Source: Octopus vulgaris (Eukaryota). Taken from it: 64,000 bases of DNA. Under the pieces are notes generated by a model. That model did no database searches. It was given only the letters and a program-made list of their open reading frames with translations, and was not told the DNA's origin. A program made the position numbers and the translations under genes. Below, one piece after another: positions 31,233 to 42,910 of the stretch. The number at the start of each line of letters is the position of its first letter. The first letter of the stretch is position 1. The stretch lies in the NCBI GenBank assembly GCA_951406725.2, contig OX597815.1, positions 94,736,001-94,800,000 of the forward strand. The letters run 5' to 3'.

Positions 31233-34200
31233 TGGCACATCATATGTGATGTGATGTGTAAAGTCATGTGGTGTAGTGAGGAGAAGAGGGGGGGGGGGGG
31301 GAGAAGGCGAGGGGAAGAAGAGGGGGAGGAGAAGGGGGAAGAGGAGAGGATGGGGAGAAGGAAGGGGAGGAGGGGGATGAAGGAGGAAAGAGGGAGAGGG
31401 GGAGAGAGGGGGTGAGGGAGCAGAGGGAAGGGGAAGAGGGAGGGAGAAAGAGGGAAGAAGGGAAGGGGAGTAGGGGTGAAAGGATGAAGGACTGAAGAAG
31501 TAGGGGTCGGGGGGAGAAAGGATAGGTGAGGAGGGGGGAGAGGGGGTTAGATGAGGAGGGGGAGAGTTGAGACCAAATGGCGTATAAGAGCGAAGAGAGA
31601 AGATTAATTCCTGTTCACGGCGCAAACGGGAATCCGGATGGCCTCTGTGTAAGGACAAACCGAACACAGATAGGTGTTGCAAGGAGTGACCGGTGGAGCG
31701 GAAATGGCGTGAGACCGGTGTGTCGTTCGCAAGGTGGATGTCACGAAGGTGTTCCGCGAACCGGTCAGCCAAGCGGCGTCCCGTTTGTCCGATGTACAAG
31801 GAATTGCAGAGAGAGCAAGAGATGCAATAGATAATATTGCTGGAGGTGCAGGTGAAGGAGTGGATGATGGGATAGGGTCGATGGTGGGTGCTAGTGAGGC
31901 GGGTGGTGTTGGAGAGGTAAGGGCAAGTGCGGCAACGTGGGCGGGAGCAGGGGAACGAGCCGGGTTGGGAGGTAGGGTCAGGGAAGGAGCTATGGACCAA
32001 AAGGTCTCGAAGGTTGTGGGCTCGTTTGAAAGAGGGGAGGGGTCGGTTAGGGAAGAGGTGTGAAGTGGACGGGTCGGACTGGAGATGACGGAAAGCTCGA
32101 AGAATGGTGCGTTGGAGACGTAGGGTCGTGGGGTGGTAAGTGAGGGGAAAAGGGAGGCGGGAGACTACAGGGCGGGTTCGGGGAGAGAGAGCAGATACAC
32201 GGTCCACGGACCGTGCTCTGGCAAGGGCGGTGTGGATAGTGGTGAGGGGGTATCCATGTAGGGTGAAGTGGTGAGCCATACGTTGAGACTGAGTCTCAAA
32301 GTCATGGTCGTCACTACAGAGCCTACGTAGACGGAGGAATTGGGAATAGGGGATGGAAAGCTTGGTGTGTTCTGGGTGGGAGGAAGAGAAGTTGAGGTAT
32401 GAGTGTGAGTCTGTGTGTTTGTAGTGAATGGAGGTGGTAAGAGTGGAGTGAAGAATGCTAACCGAAATGTCGAGGAAGGAGACAGAGGTGTTGGAGATAG
32501 TGGAAGTGAAGTGGAGGGCTGGATGGAAAGATTGGACGAAAGAGAGGAAGGAATCTAGATGTTCGCGGGAGAGTGAGGTGGCACCGATAATGTCGTCAAT
32601 ATAACGACCATATAGTTCAGGAGTGGGACCAGTGAAATTAGAGAATATTTGGGCCTCAACATAGCCAACGAACAGGTTCGCATAGTTGGGGCCCATTCGC
32701 GTTCCCATGGCCACTCCCGAGCCCTGATGGTAGAACTCGCCCGCGAACGAGAAGCAGTTCAGAGTAAGGACAAGTTCGGCCAGACGAATGAGTGTGGAGG
32801 TGTCAGGTACAGGGTTAGAGCGGAGGTCAAGAAAGTGTCGAAGGGCCTGCAGTCCTTCGTGGTGAGGGATAACAGTATAGAGGCTTTGGATGTCCATAGT
32901 AAAAAGGATTTTGGAGGAGCCGGGAGGAAAGGAGAAAGAGTTGAAAAGCCGGAGAGCATGGTTGGTATCGTGGATGTGGGAGGGAAGAGATGCCACTAGG
33001 GGGGCAAGGACACGGTCGAGGTATTTAGAGATGAGCTCCGTGGGGCAGTTACAGGCGGAGACGATGGGGCGGCCAGGGTTGTTGGGTTTGTGGATTTTGG
33101 GGAGGAAGTAAATTGTGGGGGTACGTGGGGTTCGCACAATTAGGTTGGATGCGGTGCGGGGGAGACGGGAGGACGAGATGAGGTCTTGGACAGTAGAGGA
33201 TACCGTCTGTTGGTAGCTACGTGTGGGGTTAGAGGGCAGAGGGGAATAGAAGGAGGTGTCATTGAGTTGGCGGAAAGCCTCGGCCCTATAGAGGTCCGCG
33301 CGCCACACCACTACAGCTCCACCCTTGTCAGCCGGTTTGATGATAATGTCAGCGCGCCGTTGGAGGGAACGAAGAGCCAAGAGCTCAGCCGGGGAGATGT
33401 TGAGGCGGCGTTGGCGCCTGGAGAAGTTGAACCGCTCCAATGCACGCTGACAAGCGCCCGCGAAAAGATCCACTGCTAGGATCTGGCCAGGGGCAGGCGT
33501 CCACGGGGATGGTCGGCGGCCCAGGCCAGTGAAGCAGTCGTCCTCTTCGTTGGGTGTGGGTGGCGAGTCGTGGTAATGCGCACCCAACCGGACACGGCGC
33601 ACAAAGCTGTGGACATCAACTCGCGTCTGGAATTCCTTACAGGATGGAGTGAGGGGGATGAAACGCAGACCCCTACCAAGGACGGAGCGTTCAGCCGCAG
33701 AGAGGGGAAGATCGGGGGGAATGGTAACAACAGACGGAAGTGGAGAAGGGGTGGGTGGAATAGAAGTAGGAGGGGTGGTAGGTCTCGTGGAGGTCTGAGG
33801 GGGAGGGATTGGGAAGGTGTGTGGTGGGTGGTTGGGCGGGGCAGTAGGGTTAGGTGTAGGTGGATGGAGCCTAACGGGAGGGGAGAAGGGGTTGTAAGGA
33901 GGGGCAGTGGGGTTAGGTGTGGGTGGATGGAGCCTATCGGGAGGGGAGAAGGGTGGTGGAGGAGTTGGGGTAGTGGCGTCGGGTAGGGTGGAATGGAAGA
34001 GTGATTGGAGTTTACGAAGTTTGGTATCAGAAAGAAATTGATGGAAGAGTTGATTCAAATGGATAATGAAGCGTAGCGTGTTTGGAGCATAGAGAGGCGG
34101 CAGAGAGGAGAAGAAGGTGGAGAAAGCAGGAGGAAGAAGGCGGTTGATGGCATGTAGTTTGGAGAGATTGGAGCGAATGGTGGCCCGCATAAGGCTGTAA

Positions 34201-34453
34201 GATGTGGTGCGGAGTATGGGTAAGATGGAAGAATCCGAGTGGAGAGCAGGGTGGAAGTGGAGGCGGAAACCTTTAGGGATGAGTCGGTGATGTAGGCAGC
34301 GGCTTAGGAAAGAGACATGGCTAGAGAAGCGGGTTTTTTAAAAAGAAGTAGAGAGAGATTAACGGACGGCTGAAGGCAATATACAGGAAGAGAACGTAGA
34401 TGATCCTTCAAACGGTGATGGAGGGTGAGGAGGTAGGACCTAGGATCCGGCAT
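31227..34453 (-). CDS. Penelope-like polyprotein (RT, Cys linker, GIY-YIG endonuclease); probable start ATG 34453 with one frameshift in the A-run near 34335
   Basis: [51 protein letters not shown] and [18 protein letters not shown]...RFAEH. The upstream frame reads [16 protein letters not shown] and joins MPDPRSY... across a 1-nt shift. The low-complexity tail after GLNSPP may not be real protein. Confidence 0.9.
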
Positions 34454-34726
34454 GATGGGATAGCGGAAAAAAAACGTTCGAAAAAACAAAAAAAAAAAAA
34501 AATTATCGTATGAAAAAAATAGAAAAAAAGGGGATAGTGAAAAAAGGGGAAAAAACAAACGTTCAAAAAAACAAAAAAATAATAATCGTATGAAAAAACT
34601 AGATAAGTAAGCGATAGGGGCAGAAAAGACGGGGCAAACGGAAAAGGGAAAGAAAGAAGGGAAGCAGAGAGAGGGGAGGCAAAAAAGGGGGTGCAGGCAG
34701 AGGAAACGGAGTATGGACATCCAGAG

Positions 34727-34792
<66 letters not shown>

Positions 34793-34809
34793 AGTCAAAT
34801 CGTCAGAAA

Positions 34810-34866
<57 letters not shown>

Positions 34867-35311
34867 CATATGTAAATGCGTATATATACACATGTATAAT
34901 GAACAACAAACAGGAGCAGAATTTGAATCAGGGATAATTCCGAATCCTTCAAGAAAACTTTGGAGACAACACGTGTGGAATATATAGGAACATATTGCAA
35001 CTATTTGAAAACTATATCCAGTGGTACTTTAAAATGGTTATTGGGTTTACATAAATTGCAGCAGAATTGGTAAATAAGAATTTTCTTATATTTTATAAGT
35101 TGTAAAGAAAATTACATCGGTCAGCCTGGCAACTTCTTTGGTGAGTGGGTGAGAACACATTGGCAAGAGATGCTATAACTGTAATTATGGAAAATCTCAC
35201 TGAATGATGATCTAGAAGTTTGCGAAAACCCCGAATTCGAGATTGTCACAGTTTATTTATCCATATATTTACCCAAAATACCGGAAAGAAAGGGAGAAAT
35301 ATTTATCAGCT

Positions 35312-35700
35312 TTGCAAGATTCCTGGTATGAAATTTGTGTGTTGAAGCAAATATTGTTGCATTTTGGATGTCATTGTTTTGTCAAATAAACATACGTACT
35401 ATATATTCGGTTTTCATTTCAGCTTTATTGTTGTTCTTATTTTAGTGTCCGTCTAAATCTTTTCTCACACATCCTGCGCCCTCTCCAGCAACTCACGTGG
35501 AATGGAGAATCGCTGAAGAGATCACAGTGTGTGTAACAAAAGATTTAGACAAAAGGCATTAAAATAAGAACAATAATAAAGCTGAAGTAAAGAACGAATA
35601 TATAGTGCGTGTGTGTATTTATGAAAAAAGTGACCATCCAGAAATACAACAATGAATGGAGAAATATTTTATAACAAAACATAAAAACAGGAAATTTTAT
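35312..35700. mobile_element. MITE-like foldback element (~180-bp imperfect arms)
   Basis: CAGCTTTATTGTTGTTCTTATTTTAGTG..GTCTAAATCTTTT mirrors AAAAGATTTAGAC..CATTAAAATAAGAACAATAATAAAGCTG; ACTATATATTCG mirrors CGAATATATAGT. Confidence 0.75.
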
Positions 35701-36834
35701 TAAAGTATGACTTTTTCTGATGATCAAAGCCAGATCATCAGTAGATAATAACATTGTTGTTGCTTGTGTTCCTAAAACAAATTATTGAGAAAAATAAGTT
35801 TTGCACAACCACCACGCAGAAACACACAGGCACATACACACACACACAAACACACACACACACCGCTACCATCATCACGACTACTACTCACTAAGTACGC
35901 CAATGTTTATAGAACACTCCAAAGACCTGTTCACATACCTTGAACAAAAACCATTCGACCGTTTCACAGATTGAAATCAAATCATTGAATTATTGAAATT
36001 AATAAACAGATAGACATTTCGGGATAAAGTTGTCATCAAAACAATCATCTCAGAAATCACTTTTTCTTCATTTCATTCTTCAACGAACAGCTGCTTTTTC
36101 GTTACATACACATATATTTATTGAAATCAATAAACTTGCTGGCCTTTCTGGACAAAGATGTCAGCAGACAAATTGCTTAAAAAAGAACGTTCCCAGAAAC
36201 CCATTTTTTATTCAAACATTCACTATACACACACACACACACACACACACACGCCCACACGCACACACACCCGCGCAGACATACGCGCAGAGACACGCGC
36301 AGACACACACTTACATACGCACAAACAAGCCATACATACTAGTAGACATACATCTTACTGGAACTCGTCAAATCATTTATTCTGTATCCCACTGCCAAAT
36401 TCATATAAAATAATTTATTAATATTCCAACTATTGACATTCTTAAGAAACAGCTGACATTTCTGTATACATTCAAACACACACACAGAACAAAAGCGCTA
36501 AAAACTAAGATAACAGTACATCACCAACTTCCTATTATTACGAGAGTGTGTGTATGTCAGTGTGCCTGTATATACATACACACAAACACGCAGACGCAGA
36601 CGCCATATATATATATATAAATGAGTAACAAAGATGTATAGGTGTCAGTTCATTATGGCACACACGTTGTCTGCACAACCGGTAGAAATATCAGGTACAA
36701 ACACACCTCCACGGAGTATTGATATTCGATATTCAATTAATGTTATTTGGGTGTGCGGATTATACCGACCTAGCAAGGTGCCGCAATTTATGTACCCAAT
36801 TGAACGGTATCTTAATTATATTTTGAGACATTAA

Positions 36835-37668
36835 ACTCGGCAATGACACTCCGGTCTCGCGCCATTGCCGCTGAACCAATCATTCATTACACCACCTGTC
36901 TGTGTTCGGATTGTCTTTGCACAGGGGCCATCCGAACCCCCGCCTTCGCCGTGAACAGGATTTAATCTTCTTTCTTCGCGCCTTTGCACCATATCGGCTC
37001 AACTCTCCTCCACTCTTTATCTGACCCCCTCCTCTCCTCTCTTGCCCTGACACCTACTTCTCTTCACTCCTACCCACCATCTACCTTCATTAATACATCC
37101 TCCATCCACCCCATCCACCAATCCCATTCCCACATACCCCAGCCCTACCACCACATCCTCACCCCACCCTACATCCTCATCCCCACATCTTCATCCCACA
37201 TCCTAACCCCAGACCCACACCCCACCTCACATCCCCACAGCCCAACACGGCCAATATTACAACACTACCACACCACATCACACTACTCCACACAAACTAG
37301 CACTGATCACTTCCCAGCACCCACACCATCAGTCACACCCCCACATATTACAGACATACGCACACACGCACAAATCCACACGCATACACACACACTCTCA
37401 CATACACACACATGCGTACATTCGTACTTTATTATCTCCTCTTCTTCCTAGCTCTCTTGTCTAACTAGCTTTGTCCAAGCAGTTTCCATGATTGACCGCT
37501 AACTCCGATTTTTAAAAATTCTCTCTTTGTTTATTTTCTCGAGTTTTTTCCTGTTGAAGAGCGTAGGCTCGAAACGTAAAAGACCCTCTCACCTTCATAA
37601 GCGTCAAACTAATACACCTGCTTGTTATTTATACACCTGTCTTCGTCTTTTGTTTTTCTCCACATTTC

Positions 37669-37670
<2 letters not shown>
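36835..37670 (+). mobile_element. 5'-truncated, diverged copy of the same Penelope family, ending at (TA)n
   Basis: Encodes [10 protein letters not shown]...[26 protein letters not shown]...LNSPP, matching the C-terminus of 31227-34190. Same terminal hammerhead-like motif. Confidence 0.88.
37546..37583 (+). ncRNA. Minimal hammerhead-like motif (variant core)
   Basis: UUUUC-CUGUUGAA-GAGC GUAG GCUC-GAAAC-GUA-AAAGA. Confidence 0.65.
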
Positions 37671-37699
<29 letters not shown>

Positions 37700-38096
37700 C
37701 GCACACCTAAATATCGTACGCTCAACATTGCATCGGTAGAAAAGGTATAAGTGTGTGTGTATGTATATGCATATATATATAGTTAACAGTTGCATATATA
37801 TATAGTTAACATATATATACATATAGTTCAAACGAGGGAGCAATTTCTTGAGGTGAACATTGGTTATAAAAAGAATCACGCTGAGTAGATATTGAGGCAC
37901 TTATGCAGATAAGCAATTTCGATACAACAGCTTGGGTCTGATATACAACATATAGGCGCAGCGTGACTGTGTGGTAAGAAGCTTGCTTCCTATCCATACT
38001 GTTAAATATCAGTTATGCGATGACGCTTGATCGTGTGCATATTTAATTCTAACACTCTCAAATTTATATTTGAAATGCTGCACTGATGAGGTGAAA

Positions 38097-38730
38097 TCTA
38101 TATATATAAAACTGTAGTTGTGTGAGTGTCTGTCCCCTTCGATTTAGATTCCTAACTACTCCCACATTTTGCGGTGCAGTTTAACCAAATTCGGGTATCT
38201 TATAGTCGTGATTCATATCGAGCCCGTCTGGGCATTAGCGCGCGTCTACGATGAGTCTACGATTTAAAAAATAATTTAACATCATTTTTTATTCCATTTT
38301 AATGCATATTTTTTCGTGTGTCGATGGCGGCGGAGTTGGCGTCCACGCTCACACCTGCACCTGTGGGGAATGGAGTGTAAGGAAATCAACGTCGTAATGC
38401 GTTGTCAAGGAGACCAGCGTTCTTTTAGAACAACGACTTCATGGCTTGAAGACACCAAAACAGACATGGCTAAGAAAGCGTCTACATGAGTCTACGATTT
38501 AAAAAAAAATTTACCATCATTTTTTCCATTTTAATGCATTTTTTCGCTATTATATAAGGGAAGTAACTCTCTAAAAATGTCTACGATGAGTCAACGATTT
38601 AAAAAAAATTACCATAATTTTTAATTCAATTTTTAATGCATTTTTTTGCTATTTTTTGCTATAACTCTCTAAAAATGCTTATATAGTTATTTCCCTTACA
38701 AACCCGAGCAACGCCGGGCGATACTGCTAG
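38097..38730 (+). mobile_element. Non-autonomous Helitron, 634 bp
   Basis: 5' end A|TCTATATATATAAAA; 3' hairpin CCCGAGCAACGCCGGG; 3' end CTAG|T. Three internal ~75-bp repeats (GTCTACGATGAGTCTACGATTTAAAAAA...). Confidence 0.9.
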
Positions 38731-39124
38731 TAAGTAAATATAACTTTACTTTAATCCCAAAACACGTATGTAGATAATCTAAGTCGTGTAGATTTGTTAT
38801 TTTTCTCTTTGCCTACGTAAACTAGTATGTTACTGTCTGGGAGACATTTATGGTAGCGGAAAAAATATTTTAACTGCTATTTCTAAATTCGGTGCGTGGT
38901 GAATCAATTAGCTGACCCCTGATTATTATTATGCTTATGATTATAGAATATTTGTATAATATTACCCAAACGGTTATTTTAACGTACCGAACTCCTTGGT
39001 AAAATTATTAATTAATTAATTGATCAATTAATAATTAATTAATTAATTTTACCCTATTATTATTATTATTATACTTATATATATGTGTGTGTGTGAGTGT
39101 ATGTAAGTATATATCTATACACTT

Positions 39125-39780
39125 TTGTGGTACTTTTACAGTCAACCATGATGTGAAGCAGGGTGCGTGCTTGCCTCTGCATTATTCTCCACCTCGCAGC
39201 TGTGCTTGACACCATGAGGATCAATCAGCATAAGGGGGTTTTCATCGACACTAAAACAAAAAGGAAGCTCTTCACCTAGACCTGTCTTCCTACCGCAACC
39301 AAAAGCAGAAAAACGTGAGTTGGGGTACTGCTCTATGCAGACGACTCAACGCTCGTCGGTAGTAAACATTGAAAACATGCAACACGTTGTGGACCGGTTT
39401 TCTTGTGCTGCAGACATACTTGTTCTGCCCTACCATCCTCACTAAGATGTCCTAAGACATCGAGAGACCCCGAGCCATTGATACGGACAACGCCTAAAGT
39501 ACATCAAGGCCATCACCTATTTTGGCAGCCCAGTGATTTGGACTACTGTTTCTGATATCGAAATCGAGAGGCGAATATAGTCGACTACAAAGGGTTTTGA
39601 TTCTCTGAAAAAGTGTCTATGGAGTTGGCATGACATTGCTCAGAACACAATTTTAGTGGTGTAGTGATCCCTTGCTTCCTCTATGCCGAGGATGCCTGAC
39701 TACGGGGACATCAAAGACCTGACGTGAATCCAACTTCCTCATCTGCGTTCCATCTTGCATATCAGATTGCAGGCCCATTC
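39125..39780 (+). mobile_element. Degenerate RTE-clade LINE RT fragment
   Basis: DVKQGACL, LLYADDSTLV, ITYFGS, IEIERRI and IPCFLYAEDA*. Confidence 0.75.
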
Positions 39781-39986
39781 CTGATTATATATATATATAT
39801 ATACTTTGAAGAATCTGAAACCGGTACTGCATTATCCTTTTCAAGTTTTTTTCATTTTTCAGATGTTCTTCCTAGAAGTAAAAAAATGTTTTCATGTGTG
39901 TTGCACACACGCATCTTTACTGGTACATATTTATTACGTTCGCTATTTTCCAGTAAATATCGGTACTTCGTTGTGCCATTTATTTA

Positions 39987-40030
<44 letters not shown>

Positions 40031-40199
40031 GATCCAGTTGAATTGGGTACTTAATTTGAGGCACCAAGCCAGTTCAGTATAGTCCTCACAGCTTCAAGTT
40101 AGGTGAACAGGATGTAAATAGATAATAAGGATGTCCAGACATCAATGCATTACGTCTGTTTCGAGCGACTCCATTTAATCGATCAATGAAAACATTACA

Positions 40200-40995
40200 T
40201 GCATACCGGTAGATCCATTAGAACAAAACAAATGGACAGATTTTCGCAAATGCACATTTGAACTGCAAAAGCATAAATTTGACCTACTGCATTAAATGCC
40301 TGAATTGTGAGGAACTATATATTTGCGAGACAGGGAATGCATTATCGGAACCCTCACGAGTCCATAAAAAACATATCCGGGACATTAATGTTCGCCAAAT
40401 TTTATTTAGTGAACATATAGAAACATGTGGACAGAGAATGATTCTGATTTTTCATTTCCAAAAACTATATAACACAAGTGAAGCTGGAAGAAAGATAGAA
40501 GAAAAACGGTTTATTAAAATGTTCAAGCCTACGCTGAACGGAAATAACAATATTATAACAACCAGTTAATGATATGGATTAAAAAATATCTTTAACATAT
40601 AAATATAAACAAATTGCAGAAGACTCCTGCTGGTTGAAATAAATACGATTGAAATCAACAAAGGTTGCTCATTCATAGAACTATTACATGCAAACTGCAA
40701 GGTCATTGGTTAAAATAAAGGCGGGATCTATGACTAATATCGGTACGCCGGGCAAACTGTAATGTTTAAGCTGCATGCGGATTGATGAAAACCATATTCT
40801 AAAATTTCAGCTTGTTGGAGCCTTCTAAGAGGTACAAAAATGAAGAAGTTAGTCATTTTAAAACAGTTGTCAAGAACTCAACTGATGATTACTACGAACG
40901 TATGAAACCGCCAATTTAGCTTTATGAACATTACGAGATATTTTTTTCCATGTTTAACGCACTTCAACATTGTAATAAAATTTATGTTTTTAAAA
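40200..40995 (+). mobile_element. Penelope-like 3' fragment (GIY-YIG + 3' UTR) ending at (TA)n
   Basis: NCKSINLTYCIKCLNCEELYICETGN...RVH...SEH...EKRFIKMFKPTLN, plus a decayed CTGATGA...GAAACC at ~40882-40910. Confidence 0.78.
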
Positions 40996-40998
40996 TAT

Positions 40999-41054
<56 letters not shown>

Positions 41055-41084
41055 ATATATGTGTGTGTGTGTATGTGTTGGGAG

Positions 41085-41213
41085 AATTCACACAAAAGAA
41101 ACAGAAGACAAAGACAGGTGGTGTAGACAACAAACAGATGTATTAGTTTAACGCTCGGGAAGTGAAAAATTCTTTCACGTTTCGAGCCTACGCTCTTCCA
41201 CAGAAAGGAACAC
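41085..41213 (-). mobile_element. Solo Penelope terminal (pLTR) fragment with hammerhead-like motif at 41171-41208
   Basis: CCUUU-CUGUGGAA-GAGC GUAG GCUC-GAAAC-GUG-AAAGA; the flanks match 30615-30760 and 37590-37670. Confidence 0.78.
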
Positions 41214-41217
41214 ATAA

Positions 41218-41482
41218 GGCGGTGAACTGGCAGAAACGTTAGCACACCGGGCGAAATGCGTAGCCGTATTTCGTCTGCTGTTACGTTCTGAGTTCAAATT
41301 CCGCCGAAGTTAACTTTGCCTTTCATCCTTTCGGGATCGATAAATTAAGTACCAGTTACGCACTGGGGGCGATTTAATCGAATTAATCCGTTTGTCTGTC
41401 CTTGTTTGTCCTCTCTGTGTTTACCCCCTTGTGGGTAGTAAAGAAATAGGTATTTCGTCTGCTGCTACGTTCTGAGTTCAAA
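41218..41482 (+). mobile_element. tRNA-derived SINE with Nin/Deu-like central domain and partial 3' self-duplication
   Basis: GGCGGTGAACTGGCAGAAACGTTAGCAC, B-box GAGTTCAAATTCC and GCCTTTCATCCTTTCGGGATCGATAAATTAAGTACCAG. 41451-41482 repeats 41267-41298. Confidence 0.88.
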
Positions 41483-42064
41483 GTACACAAATTAGTTGGT
41501 CCTCAGACTTACCAGGTACTGCCTTCGCCAATCTCTCTCTGGGTGAGTGAAACAAATCTGTACTGGGTTTGTGAAGAAATTAAGGGATACTATATACAAA
41601 AGCCCAATTATCACCCCTCCTCATTTATAGTTCTGATAGATGGTTGTTCTTTCCTGGCTGATGTCATCATCCATTTTAATCAGGTCTTGTTTTTTTTTGT
41701 TCATTCCTCATCCAGACATCAAGCTGAGACCAACAGTATGTAGTTTTGGAGTAAATGATTACAGTAGCAGATCGTTTTTAATGTAAACATATTAATGAAA
41801 GAATGACTATAAAGAAAAAAATGATAAACTGAAATGAGAAAGTGCTAAAAATAGTAATACCAACTCATTGTCTCTGCTACGTATTCCTTATTGCTAATTT
41901 ACTGTGAATTTTCATAAAGATATATGTATATATAAATATTTCTGCGCGCGTGTGCAAGTGTGTATACGTATATATTATGTATGTATATACATATATACGT
42001 ATATATATATATGTATGCATATACATGTGTGTGTCTCTGTTTGTGTTTCTGTCTCTCTCCCTCC

Positions 42065-42124
<60 letters not shown>

Positions 42125-42702
42125 ATATACATATGCAACTATACGAATGCGTATACACACTTGCACACACGCACACAAATATTTATAACTATATGTCTTT
42201 ATGAAAATTCACTAATTCGATTTGTGATTTTAAACAGTAAATTATGTTTTACTTGTCACAATATATTATCATTGCAAAGTTATAATATTGTAAGTGAAAG
42301 AAAAGAAAAGAAATGGTACGAAGCATCTTATCCAAACATCAAATAAAATAAGAAGCGTTTTTAGAAAAATGAAAATAACTTATATACATAAATTCAAATT
42401 ACAGAATAACAGAATGGACAAATTTTTTTCCCTTGGGGAGGAAGATTATTTATTCATAGTGCCCATTGCGTGGCATTAGCTTATATGAAAACATGGATAT
42501 GTCTGCATGGGGTACCTTTAAAGATCGTTTAAATTTTAACAATACATAAATATATATGGAGCCATAATTGATTATCTTTATACAGATGTAAGCTCAATTG
42601 TTATATTCTATTTGTAGAGGTTTGTTGCTCTACAGTATAATTCAGTACATTGTTTACATTATTTACATTTGACGGATATTTAACCTCATTTTGTTTGTTG
42701 TT

Positions 42703-42748
42703 AACACAACGTTTCGGCTAATGTACTCTCCAGCCTTCATCAGGTGTC
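42703..42748 (-). ncRNA. Minimal type I hammerhead ribozyme
   Basis: GACAC-CUGAUGA-A-GGCUG gagaguacau UAGCC-GAAAC-GUU-GUGUU. Intact core; stem III is the palindrome ACGU. Confidence 0.85.
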
Positions 42749-42797
42749 TTGGGAAAATTTCGAACTTGGGTTCTCATTCCTAAGGTACTTTTCGATG

Positions 42798-42834
<37 letters not shown>

Positions 42835-42837
42835 TCA

Positions 42838-42910
42838 GGCCACTGGCTGGAATCGAACTAGGAATCTTAGGATTAGTAGCTCACGCTCTTAACCACTACG
42901 CCATATGCCC
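42838..42910 (-). promoter_or_regulatory. tRNA-derived Pol III internal promoter (pseudo-tRNA)
   Basis: A-box TGGCGTAGTGG, B-box AGTTCGATTCC, anticodon-like loop CT-ACT-AA. Imperfect acceptor and anticodon stems argue against a real tRNA. Confidence 0.78.

Larger units (their letters stand above)
30615..34730 (-). mobile_element. Near full-length Penelope-like element (Neptune-like), bounded by (TA)n on both sides
   Basis: RT + GIY-YIG ORF, pyrimidine-rich 3' region, terminal hammerhead-like motif and (TA)n flanks. Confidence 0.93.

Noticed and set aside
31577-33986. Plus-strand ORFs overlapping the Penelope
   Set aside because: These are antisense shadows of a GC-rich coding strand.
38083-38096. 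CTGATGAGGTGAAA just upstream of the Helitron
   Set aside because: After removing the Helitron, no stem III or stem I partner appears.
38239-38650. Repeat-spacer pattern resembling CRISPR
   Set aside because: These are long degenerate repeats inside a Helitron, in a eukaryotic context with no cas genes.
39804-39830. TTGAAGAATCTGAAACCGGTA next to (TA)n
   Set aside because: A palindromic stem III is present, but there is no stem I or stem II pairing; too short to support.
42838-42910. tRNA-Ser(ACT) gene
   Set aside because: The acceptor and anticodon stems are imperfect, there is no long variable arm, and it is embedded in a repeat. Treated as a tRNA-derived head.
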